DNA from: Candidatus Berkelbacteria bacterium
GTDB taxonomy: Bacteria; Patescibacteriota; UBA1384; XYA2-FULL-43-10; CAINNR01
NCBI GenBank assembly: GCA_037142675.1
Contig: JBAXAF010000003.1
Coordinates: 3,717 to 67,716 of the forward strand
Reading direction: 5' to 3'
DNA length: 64,000 bases
Part shown: positions 39,158-47,253 of the stretch, one piece after another
How the letters are laid out: every line of letters starts with the position of its first letter
How positions within the stretch are numbered: position 1 is the stretch's first letter
Translations under genes and position numbers: made by a program
The notes under the pieces: model-generated
Seen by the model: only the letters and a program-made list of their open reading frames with translations
Database searches by the model: none
Told to the model about the DNA's origin: nothing

Positions 39158-39738
39158 CTTCAATTTGCCCATATTGCAACAATGACACCGGCAAGGTAAT
39201 AACAATGAAAAAGAAATGCCCAGTTTGTACAAAAGTAATATTTGTTCGAAATGGAAAAGTTGTGACCGATGAAGAAAAATTTATTATTGATTGGCAAAAA
39301 TATATGGATTTTATGGTGCCAGATATTGAAGCTCTGAGATTTGACGTCGAAAAAACACTTAAGGCTAGATTTGGGAAAGAACCTGGCGCACCTGACTTGA
39401 TATGGGGGATGTTCAACCAAATATTATTGAAACTAAGTGACCCGTGGGACCTTTCAATTATTTATAGGAATATGGCTAAGTTTCGCCAGTCGGAAGGCAA
39501 TAAAGACGCGTATATAAAGCTGATGAAGACAGCAATGTGCTTAGAGGTAAGAGATAGTGCAGAAAAAGGGTGGGCTAATAATATTGTAATAAAAAATATA
39601 GATGATGGACTAGTTTGCGATGAGTGCAAAATTATCAATGGCAAGATCTACCCAGTCAAAGAAGCCTTAGCCAATTTCCCTTTGCCACATAATAAATGCA
39701 CTAGCGACGCGTGCAGATGCACATATTTAACCAAATAA
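39154..39738 (+). CDS. Zinc-ribbon protein (N- and C-terminal CxxC pairs), translationally coupled to the upstream nuclease (ATGA overlap).
   Basis: CPYC...CPVC at the N-terminus and CDEC...C.SDACRC at the C-terminus. 4-nt start/stop overlap. Confidence 0.45.
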   Translation: MTSICPYCNNDTGKVITMKKKCPVCTKVIFVRNGKVVTDEEKFIIDWQKYMDFMVPDIEALRFDVEKTLKARFGKEPGAPDLIWGMFNQILLKLSDPWDLSIIYRNMAKFRQSEGNKDAYIKLMKTAMCLEVRDSAEKGWANNIVIKNIDDGLVCDECKIINGKIYPVKEALANFPLPHNKCTSDACRCTYLTK

Positions 39739-39748
39739 TTTCAACTCA

Positions 39749-40996
39749 TTGAAGCAACTAAAAATTTCGGAATTAAATAAATTAATTTCTAACCAGGTTA
39801 ACAATCTGGTCAATTTGGAAGTAGAAGGTGAAATATCTGAGTGGAAGATGTTTGGTGGTAAAACATTTTACTTCAAGTTGAAAGACGAAAAATCATCCGT
39901 CTCAGCGATGACAAATATCTTTCAGTTATCTAATTGGAGGGATTTCGAAGAAGGAATGCTTGTTAGGACGACAATTTCTGTTAAGTTTAACCAATCAAAG
40001 GGCAATCTCTATGCTTGGGTTGAAGAGATGGCCCCATCAGGAGAAGGCGCTCTTAAAATCGCAATTGAAAAATTAAAAAAGCGGCTCCTTGCAGAGGGAT
40101 TATTTTCGCAAGAAAGAAAAAGATCTTTGGTCCGGTACCCCCATAAAATTGGATTAATTACTTCTCGTGATGGAGATGCCATCAAAGACTTTAAAAAGAT
40201 TATTAATGCCAGAGCAGGAGGATTGGAAATATTTTTTTACCCAGTAAGGGTTGAGGGGAAAGATTCGGTCAGGGAAATAACTGAAGCATTTACTTTTTTC
40301 AATAATTTCAAGGAATCCTTGGATGCGATTGTGATAATTCGAGGAGGTGGAAGTATCGAGAACCTCCATGCTTTCAATGATGAAAAGACGGCAAGATGTA
40401 TTGCTGGCTCGAGATTCCCTGTTGTCTGCGGGGTAGGACACGAGAATGACATTAGCTTGTGTGACTTATGTGCTGATGTAAGAGCCTCAACTCCTTCAAA
40501 TGCTGCGGAGCTTCTAGTAGAGGACCAAGTTTATACTGTTTCGATAATTAATACATCAATATCTAATATTGGTAAAAACATTAAAATCAAAATTGCTGGG
40601 GATATTCAATATCTGAGCACAATCAATATTCCGATCTCTTCAGCTCTAAAATCAGCGATTGGAAACAAAATGTCACTAATAAGAGAAATTAGTTCCACAC
40701 TCCAATATTTCAAATCAAAGTTTAAAAATATCGAGCAACAAATTAATCAATTCGTCGATTCGATAAAAAGAATAATTTCTTATAAGTTTGACTTGTCTAA
40801 CCAAAGTCTCCGCCAAACATCAGCTTTTCTAAACTCAGTAAGTCCGAAAAATATTATGTCGATGGGTTATTCAGTTGTAAAAGATGAAAAGAGACAGATA
40901 ATTAAGAGTTCCGGCCAATTAAAATTGAATTCAATTATTAATACTTATTTCTACGAAGGCTCTATCCAGGCCAAAGTTGAAAAGAAAGAGGTGTAA
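39749..40996 (+). CDS. xseA: Exodeoxyribonuclease VII large subunit.
   Basis: OB-fold N-terminus. Core motifs GLITSRDGDAIKD, IIRGGGSIENLHAFNDEKTARCIAGSRFPVVCGVGHENDISLCDLCADVRASTPSNAAE. Confidence 0.85.
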   Translation: MKQLKISELNKLISNQVNNLVNLEVEGEISEWKMFGGKTFYFKLKDEKSSVSAMTNIFQLSNWRDFEEGMLVRTTISVKFNQSKGNLYAWVEEMAPSGEGALKIAIEKLKKRLLAEGLFSQERKRSLVRYPHKIGLITSRDGDAIKDFKKIINARAGGLEIFFYPVRVEGKDSVREITEAFTFFNNFKESLDAIVIIRGGGSIENLHAFNDEKTARCIAGSRFPVVCGVGHENDISLCDLCADVRASTPSNAAELLVEDQVYTVSIINTSISNIGKNIKIKIAGDIQYLSTINIPISSALKSAIGNKMSLIREISSTLQYFKSKFKNIEQQINQFVDSIKRIISYKFDLSNQSLRQTSAFLNSVSPKNIMSMGYSVVKDEKRQIIKSSGQLKLNSIINTYFYEGSIQAKVEKKEV

Positions 40997-41203
40997 ATGC
41001 CAGAAGAAAATAGTTTTGCTAGCAAAATGGAGGAATTAGAAAAAATTAAGGCGAAGTTTGAATCAGGAAACTTCGATCTCGAGAAAGATTTGCCCTTATA
41101 CAAAAAAGCTGTCGCATTAGCAAAGGAGCTCAAAGGTCACCTTAAGAAAATTGAAAATGAAATTATTGAAATTGAGCAAAAAGATTCTGACTTGGTAGAG
41201 TAA
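40997..41203 (+). CDS. xseB: Exodeoxyribonuclease VII small subunit.
   Basis: 68-aa helical protein (FEESMEELEKI-type) immediately after xseA. Confidence 0.75.
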   Translation: MPEENSFASKMEELEKIKAKFESGNFDLEKDLPLYKKAVALAKELKGHLKKIENEIIEIEQKDSDLVE

Positions 41204-41581
41204 GTTGAAAAAAGACTCATTTTTTGAGATAATTAGCTCGTTAATTATACAATTTGTTACGCCTAAACTTTAATGAAAATTAAGGCATGGCGTTAAAACC
41301 ACATGAATAGAGATGGTCTTATGACTTGCATCATTCATGTGGTGTACGCCGGAAACGGTGTATGGAGCCCCGAAAGGGATACTTCGCTAGCTCATAAGGC
41401 CTTTTTTGTATCTTTGGGGGCAACCACCGACAAAAGTTTAGTTCTGTCTGCAAAAACACTTAAAAATGTATCAATTTGTCTCTTGATTGTTCAATTTTGT
41501 CTAACAATCTTAAAATTAGTTAATGCTGGAATGAATAAAAATATTCAATAATGCCAATAAAATGGTAGACAAGGTCAAATC

Positions 41582-41743
41582 ATGAAGAAAAATTATTGGG
41601 TTGTCGGGATTGCTACTCTAGTTCTAATTGCTGGTTGGTTTTACTGGTTTCAATTGAGACCAAGTAACGTCAGAAAAGACTGCAGTATGTGGAAAATAGA
41701 CAGAGAGTATCAGCAATGCCTGAGGGAACGAGGCATAAAGTGA
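41582..41743 (+). CDS. Small membrane/secreted peptide (53 aa). Not in the ORF track because it is under 60 aa.
   Basis: ATG with an upstream AAGG. Hydrophobic core WVVGIATLVLIAGWFYWF. Its stop overlaps a GTG start of the next ORF. Confidence 0.3.
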   Translation: MKKNYWVVGIATLVLIAGWFYWFQLRPSNVRKDCSMWKIDREYQQCLRERGIK

Positions 41744-42225
41744 AAAAACTGAGCTTAAAAAATATATATAGCAATTACAATTTCAGAGTAGTTTTTATAT
41801 TACTAACAGTCACTTTGACCATATATTTGCTGGCGAGTGCTTATGTAAAATATTTTGAGGTTGAAGAGATAGGTCATCAACATGAAAAAAATAGTTATTC
41901 AGTTCACTACTTGATTAATATTTTTCCAGAGGTTTCAGATCAACCACTGGTTGTTGACGAGATGCCCATAGTGTCTGATACAGAAAAACAGAGAGCAATA
42001 GGCTTCATTGTTAGAGATTGCGAAGAAAGTGTCTGTCCGCTTTATAGACTGATAACTGCGGAGCTGCCGTCTGGTGAAGTTATAAATTTCCAAGGAAAAA
42101 CAGGTAGTGGTGCTGTTGAATGTTACCTGAATGAATCACTAGATTTCCAATCAAAAGATGTATGTCTCGATACTAATGGCAAGGGCTGGGGGGTTCAATT
42201 AATTGAAAAGTCGACAATTAAATGA
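41689..42225 (+). CDS. Membrane-anchored hypothetical protein. The start is uncertain (ATG at 41716 or GTG at 41740).
   Basis: TM helix VVFILLTVTLTIYLLASAYV followed by a Cys-containing extracytoplasmic domain. Confidence 0.4.
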   Translation: MENRQRVSAMPEGTRHKVKKLSLKNIYSNYNFRVVFILLTVTLTIYLLASAYVKYFEVEEIGHQHEKNSYSVHYLINIFPEVSDQPLVVDEMPIVSDTEKQRAIGFIVRDCEESVCPLYRLITAELPSGEVINFQGKTGSGAVECYLNESLDFQSKDVCLDTNGKGWGVQLIEKSTIK

Positions 42226-43028
42226 GCAAACTCCAAGAGAGTAATTTTATAAAAATGTTTGGCGGCAGAACTTTTTCTTCCGAGGAAGAAATGGAAGCTT
42301 TTGTTGTTGCTAAATTGCCAAGTATTTTAGAGGTTGGAGATGGTTTTGTTGTACAACAAGATTACGCGACTGGCACCAGCGGACTACATAGCAAAAGAGC
42401 TGATATTGTCATCAAAAATTCCAGGGGAGATATTCTAGTTGTTTTTGAACTGAAAAGGAGTTACTGGCTCCGATTTGGAGATCAACGGAATAATGCGAAA
42501 CAGCAACTAATGGACTACTGCCAAAGGTTCGGTGCTCCTTATGGGGTGATACTATCTGAAAAGTATTGCTACATAATGGCCATCCACCCTGACGGTGCTT
42601 GCAAGCAAGTGTCAGCCTTACCGCCAATTCAAGAGATACAACCACGCCAGGCTATCAATTTTGGGCCTGAGATTAACAAAGCCCAAAGACAAATTTCTGT
42701 TTCGGCTGAGGCTGCCAGTCGGGAGATCCATCAGGGAATTGATGATCAAGCCAGGAAGGCCCTGAAAAAATACACGATTATTGGGATTACTCTTGTGATT
42801 CTGTTCTTCGCTGGTCTGGCTGTTTGGACTTATCAAACCAAAATGTTCACCTGTGAAAATATCAAAGGTAATATGTCCATGACTAACGGCCAGACGTCAA
42901 AGATCTACCATACAAGGGAGAGCAATTTTTATGACAAGGTAAAGATTGATACTGCTCAGGGAGATAAGGTCTTCTGCAGTGAAGCTGATGCCTTGAATGC
43001 TGGGTTTCGAAAGGCTATCAACAAGTAG
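42222..43028 (+). CDS. Restriction-endonuclease-like (PD-(D/E)xK, HsdR-N-like) domain protein with a central TM helix and a conserved C-terminal module (YHTRESNFY...FCSEADALNAGFRKA).
   Basis: RADIVIKNSRGDILVVFELKRS matches the D...(E/D)xK nuclease-fold core. TM IIGITLVILFFAGLAVW. C-terminal module of unknown function. Confidence 0.45.
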   Translation: MSKLQESNFIKMFGGRTFSSEEEMEAFVVAKLPSILEVGDGFVVQQDYATGTSGLHSKRADIVIKNSRGDILVVFELKRSYWLRFGDQRNNAKQQLMDYCQRFGAPYGVILSEKYCYIMAIHPDGACKQVSALPPIQEIQPRQAINFGPEINKAQRQISVSAEAASREIHQGIDDQARKALKKYTIIGITLVILFFAGLAVWTYQTKMFTCENIKGNMSMTNGQTSKIYHTRESNFYDKVKIDTAQGDKVFCSEADALNAGFRKAINK

Positions 43029-43152
43029 ATCAAATAATTCTAGCATTTATAGCTATAGCTTAAAATTACAGAGCTTTGCCGGTGATCTCGCAGAAGACTG
43101 GAAAAATTGGCGAAGAATAAATTTAACAGCATTAAATTGGTAGGAGTTCAAA

Positions 43153-43311
43153 ATGGTTTTCTTTATTATCTGGGTTGTAGCACTAGCTTTCATTTTGCCT
43201 GATAGCTGGGGTTGGGTGAATTATTTGTTAGGACCAATTTTGGCAATACCACTCGCTTATTTAACAGGTCTAACAATAGGATCATTATTTGCTAAATTTG
43301 ATAAAAAATGA
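43153..43311 (+). CDS. Small hydrophobic membrane protein (52 aa). Not in the ORF track.
   Basis: RBS aggag, then ATG. Two predicted TM segments. Its stop overlaps the next gene's start (ATGA). Confidence 0.35.
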   Translation: MVFFIIWVVALAFILPDSWGWVNYLLGPILAIPLAYLTGLTIGSLFAKFDKK

Positions 43312-43775
43312 CAATACACCTAGGGAAACCTGATTACAAATGCTCAAAATGCGGTGAGATTTTTTTCCCGTATAAGATTGATATTGAATGTCCTAATTGC
43401 GGAATAACTATTCCAAGCAGTGAAGCTAAAAATTATTTTGATTCAATCAAGGAAATAGCCAAGTCAATGAAGATACATAAATGCCTATACGGTAGGTTCG
43501 TTCCATGGTCTTGGTCTTATGCCAACACGGGAGACCATATTCAGGATTTACTCTTCCAACTTTTTGATTTACTTGAAGCTAAAAAACCAAAGAATGAAGA
43601 GAAATTTATAACTGAGACACTTGAAAACGATTTTGACTGGGGCGACAAGGAATATTTAAAAAAACATATTGGAAATATAGCCGTAGACCTTTTGCCTATT
43701 TATAATGGAATGATAAAAAACATCTCAGCCAAAGAAAAATTAAAAATAAATGATTCATACGGCATTCCATTTTAG
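43308..43775 (+). CDS. Hypothetical zinc-ribbon protein.
   Basis: CSKCGEIFF...CPNCG at the N-terminus. Otherwise no recognised motif. Confidence 0.35.
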   Translation: MTIHLGKPDYKCSKCGEIFFPYKIDIECPNCGITIPSSEAKNYFDSIKEIAKSMKIHKCLYGRFVPWSWSYANTGDHIQDLLFQLFDLLEAKKPKNEEKFITETLENDFDWGDKEYLKKHIGNIAVDLLPIYNGMIKNISAKEKLKINDSYGIPF

Positions 43776-43947
43776 TTCCAAGAAGAATCATCACACAGCA
43801 AAACTTTTAATTCGCATCTCTGGGATATAGACAAGTTCTTTTGATTCCATTATAATAGTTCTGACACGCAATACTGCGTTCCACCAAGAATGGGTTGTAA
43901 AGGCTAAGACGTCCCAATGGGTCGGGATCCCGTTGGTGTGGGACAAG

Positions 43948-43964
43948 TCCAGTACGGCCCACCA
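43948..43964 (+). repeat. att-like direct repeat of the tRNA-Ala 3' end (17 of 18 nt), putative island right boundary.
   Basis: tccagtacggcccacca versus tccagtacggtccacca at 29999-30016. Confidence 0.55.
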
Positions 43965-44208
43965 TGAAAAGTTCGTCATTTATGATGAGCTTTTTTGGTG
44001 GATAGGTCTGATAGAAAAAGATTTATTAATTTTAACGCCTCAATGGATTAAGCCGTAAAAAGACTTTATCGCTAAACTCGTACCTAGTTGGGGAGTGTCT
44101 CTGGAGGGATTTAGGCGGACGATTTGCATACCAACTTGGGCGAGACAAATTTAAGTGCATTACTACAAGTAAGGTATAATTAATATAAATCAAGAAAAAA
44201 CTAATTTT

Positions 44209-44754
44209 ATGAAGCGGCAAATAAATTTACATAAGAGGTTTTTGTTAATTCTCGCGATTGCATGCACATGTATTGCAATATCTATTTTCTATGGTAAAAA
44301 TGAGGCAAGTAAAACCTTAAACCAAGAAACTGTTAACCGTGTCGATTTTTCGCTGGAAATTCCCAAGCTCAGTATTGTCGTCCCAGTAATAACTGGAATT
44401 GATCCAGCCAAGAAGGATATTTACAACGAAGCCTTAACAAGCGGAGTCGCACACATGAATGGTATGTCCTTTCCAGGGCAGGGAGGTAATGTTTTTATCT
44501 ACGGGCATTCCTCGGCAGAAAAAGCAAGTAAGTATCAAAAGGTTTTTGCTAATCTCTCAAATTTGGATAATGGTGATCTGTTAATTTTAAACTACAGAGG
44601 AATAGGATATAATTACACTGTAAAGGAAAAGAAGATCGTCGAAAAGGATGATTTTTCAGTATTGGACAAAACAGATCATGAACAGCTGTCATTGATGACT
44701 TGCTGGCCAATTGGTACAAACGAAAAGCGTCTAATTGTCGTGGCTGACTTGTAA
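44209..44754 (+). CDS. Sortase-family transpeptidase (second copy).
   Basis: TM anchor. NVFIYGHS (catalytic His) and QLSLMTCWP (TLxTC) motifs. Confidence 0.75.
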   Translation: MKRQINLHKRFLLILAIACTCIAISIFYGKNEASKTLNQETVNRVDFSLEIPKLSIVVPVITGIDPAKKDIYNEALTSGVAHMNGMSFPGQGGNVFIYGHSSAEKASKYQKVFANLSNLDNGDLLILNYRGIGYNYTVKEKKIVEKDDFSVLDKTDHEQLSLMTCWPIGTNEKRLIVVADL

Positions 44755-44769
44755 AAACAGGAGGAAATT

Positions 44770-46455
44770 TTGAAGAAGGTAATATTGTATTTAGTTGCGA
44801 CATTTTTATGTTTCGGTATTTATCTGATTTCGGCAAAAGCATCGGTTAGTTTCAGTGCTACATTCGATAGCGGATTTGACGCAGACTCAGGAGCTGACAA
44901 GACAGCTTTTACTGACGGATCACTTCCTTCTCTTGTGACTGGGTATGGCGGGACTGGCCAGGCGATTAAAAATACCTTTGGAACGACCCTTAAGTACAAG
45001 ACCAGCAATCTAAACAGCCAAAAAGATTCTATCTCTTTTAAATTTCAACTCCCATTTGATCTAAAAACAGACAAGGACATCGGAAGAATCGGTGGTAGTA
45101 GCTCACACATAGATGTGAGCGAGACTTCGGGCTACACGTATATTGCTGATTTTGTCGCCGAACAGATAATCAGAACTAAAATTGATGGAACTGGCTGGAA
45201 GAGGCTCGGCGATTATGGCACAAGCGGTGATGGAAAATTTAACTTTTGCTGGCGTGGGGATGTTAGCGTGGACTCAAGAGACGAAACCTTATATATTACC
45301 GACTCATGTAACAAGAGAATTATTAAAACAAAAATGGATGGCTCCGATTGGCAAGCATATCCTATTGGTGCTTACAGTCCGGCACAAATTTTTTATGATA
45401 AGGTCTCTGATGAAATATATTTTTATGATGAAGGTGGGGATCAGGTAGTAAGCACAAAATTTGGTTCTGACGTTTTTAACGCAGTATCTCTAAGCGGAGT
45501 CTCTGCGTATATGACAGATTTTATATATGATAGCGCCGGAGGATTCATTTACCTTCTGGATGGAGGCGCTTCAAATCTCTCCCGAATCAAAATGGATGGG
45601 AGTGGCCTGGCGGCATTTGGTTCTTCTGGTAGCGGTATTGATGAGTTTGATTCACCTTATGCTCTCGATTACGACGGAACATACTTTTATATTATGGATG
45701 AGTATAATTCTCGCATCGTAAAGACTCAATTTGATGGCACTGGTTGGCAGACCTATGGCAGTCAGGGCCTAGGAGAGGGTAAATTCAATGACGCTACCAG
45801 CATGGCGTATGATGAAAATAGTGGAGATATCTTCGTATTGGATAACCAGGACAGATATACAAACAATTCTCTTTTGATAAAAACCAAAATCGATGGAAGC
45901 AGTTGGCAATCATTTGCTACTCAGGGAGTGGGAAGTATTAATGACCTTGACTCAATGATTTATGACAACAATACCGGCTACTATTATTTTGCAGGTGGGT
46001 ACAATTCAGTAATTAGAACAAAGAAGGACGGAACCGACTGGTCAATAGTTGGTACTCATGGCGACGGGCAAGACCCATTTAGCTTTGGTTACGTCACAGG
46101 TATTGATGTTGATAAGTCTAATTCAGACGTCTACACAATAGATCACTATGCCGATCAGATTTCCAAGTTTAAGATGAACGAAAGTGAGTGGTCTACTTGG
46201 GCGGGACCAATCCCGGGTGGAGGTAGCGATTTTTCAGTACCAAGAGGTATTAGTTTGGATCAGGCAAATAAAATTTTATACGTTGGCGACATGGATCATC
46301 ATAGAATCGTAAAAACTAAAATGGATGGTAGCCTCTGGGAAACATACGGGACCCTTGGAAGCGGTGTCGGGCAATTCAACTACCCGATGAACGTGTACTA
46401 CGACCCAATTACTGAGTATGTTTATGTTTCGGATGACGGTAATCCACGTATCTAA
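44770..46455 (+). CDS. Secreted NHL-repeat beta-propeller protein. It is the N-terminal part of a larger gene interrupted by an in-frame TAA at 46453-46455.
   Basis: Signal peptide MKKVILYLVATFLCFGIYLISAKA. At least 8 repeats of the form N.RI.KTKMDGS.W..YG..G.G.G.F..P. The ORF ends ...GNPRI*. Confidence 0.65.
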   Translation: MKKVILYLVATFLCFGIYLISAKASVSFSATFDSGFDADSGADKTAFTDGSLPSLVTGYGGTGQAIKNTFGTTLKYKTSNLNSQKDSISFKFQLPFDLKTDKDIGRIGGSSSHIDVSETSGYTYIADFVAEQIIRTKIDGTGWKRLGDYGTSGDGKFNFCWRGDVSVDSRDETLYITDSCNKRIIKTKMDGSDWQAYPIGAYSPAQIFYDKVSDEIYFYDEGGDQVVSTKFGSDVFNAVSLSGVSAYMTDFIYDSAGGFIYLLDGGASNLSRIKMDGSGLAAFGSSGSGIDEFDSPYALDYDGTYFYIMDEYNSRIVKTQFDGTGWQTYGSQGLGEGKFNDATSMAYDENSGDIFVLDNQDRYTNNSLLIKTKIDGSSWQSFATQGVGSINDLDSMIYDNNTGYYYFAGGYNSVIRTKKDGTDWSIVGTHGDGQDPFSFGYVTGIDVDKSNSDVYTIDHYADQISKFKMNESEWSTWAGPIPGGGSDFSVPRGISLDQANKILYVGDMDHHRIVKTKMDGSLWETYGTLGSGVGQFNYPMNVYYDPITEYVYVSDDGNPRI

Positions 46456-46464
46456 AGGTTCAAA

Positions 46465-47253
46465 ATGGATGGAGGTCCAGTAGGCTGGGAAACACTTAAC
46501 ACATCTGCATATAGTAGCTGGGGGCTAGACTTTGTTGTATTGAAAGGCACCGATTACGTATTAGTTGGTGATTACGCTAATAATAGAATTGTTAAGCAAA
46601 AAATGAATGGCACGGACGTAACCTATATCGATTATTCTCTCTGGGGAAGTGACCTGGGCAATGGTATGACTCCGACTTATTTTGATAGTGATTCTGACAC
46701 TTTATTTTTCTCTGATGCAAGGAACATATACAGAACCACGATAGCTGGAGAGTTGATCGAAACGGTTAGCGGGACTCCAAGTAAAGTCTTGTTTAAAACA
46801 AGTGGATCCAAGCCATTCGAAATAGGTGTTTCTGCTTATTCTGGACAGTTTAGCCTAAGTTTAAACAGTTACAAATTACCAATTTCATATTCACAAGCGA
46901 AATCACTGGCCGCTGGTAGCTGGCATGATATGCATATTAATTACGATCGCTCAACAGGTACTGTCGAGGCGTATTTGGACAGCGAGACGATACCTTTTAT
47001 CACTCAAACTGGGTTAGGTACAGGGTCGGAAATTGGTGACTATTTTTACCTAGGATCTGACCCAACTGACCCCAATAGAACTTTTTCTGGGGCCATAGAC
47101 AATATTCAGTTCGGACTGCCTGATCCAGATAACACTGCCGCTGATCCGGCCGCAAACACAGCTCCTTCAATGTCGATTTTGCCAGAGACCGGACGCGCCA
47201 AAAGGCCAGCTGGTTTACTAAAAAAATTCGTCTTAATGTTCCGAAGTCCATGA
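46465..47253 (+). CDS. C-terminal continuation of the NHL-repeat protein: further NHL repeats, a LamG/ConA-like lectin-fold domain, and an LPETG sortase sorting motif.
   Basis: Same frame as 44770..46455, separated by TAA and 9 nt. RFKMDGGPVGWE continues the repeat. The GSWHDMHINYDRSTG...FSGAIDNIQF segment is LamG-like. C-terminal SILPETGRAKRPAGLLKKFVLMF. Confidence 0.6.
   Translation: MDGGPVGWETLNTSAYSSWGLDFVVLKGTDYVLVGDYANNRIVKQKMNGTDVTYIDYSLWGSDLGNGMTPTYFDSDSDTLFFSDARNIYRTTIAGELIETVSGTPSKVLFKTSGSKPFEIGVSAYSGQFSLSLNSYKLPISYSQAKSLAAGSWHDMHINYDRSTGTVEAYLDSETIPFITQTGLGTGSEIGDYFYLGSDPTDPNRTFSGAIDNIQFGLPDPDNTAADPAANTAPSMSILPETGRAKRPAGLLKKFVLMFRSP

Larger units (their letters stand above)
29940..43964. 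mobile_element. Putative integrated genomic island (about 14 kb) at tRNA-Ala. It is bounded by the tRNA and a 17/18-nt direct repeat of the tRNA 3' end, and carries a large serine recombinase plus nuclease/helicase cargo.
   Basis: The recombinase ORF overlaps the tRNA 3' half. tccagtacggTccacca (tRNA, 29999-30016) versus tccagtacggCccacca (43948-43964), same orientation. The interior appears more AT-rich by eye and encodes accessory-type genes. Confidence 0.55.

Noticed and set aside
41303-41551. 82-aa ORF in the xseB-downstream spacer.
   Set aside because: Low-complexity sequence overlapping clear hairpins, with no RBS. The region is more likely non-coding or an sRNA.
43791-43979. 62-aa minus-strand ORF (MTNFSWWAVLDLSH...).
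   Set aside because: It is simply the translation of the tRNA-3'-end-like att repeat. Compare the recombinase C-terminal WWTVLDSNQ, read from the tRNA itself.
46453-46455. Possibility that the organism uses an alternative genetic code (so that the in-frame stop is sense).
   Set aside because: TAA, TAG and TGA each terminate multiple conserved proteins at their expected C-termini (e.g. ribosomal proteins, NusB with TGA, XseB with TAA). There are no internal stops in other conserved genes.
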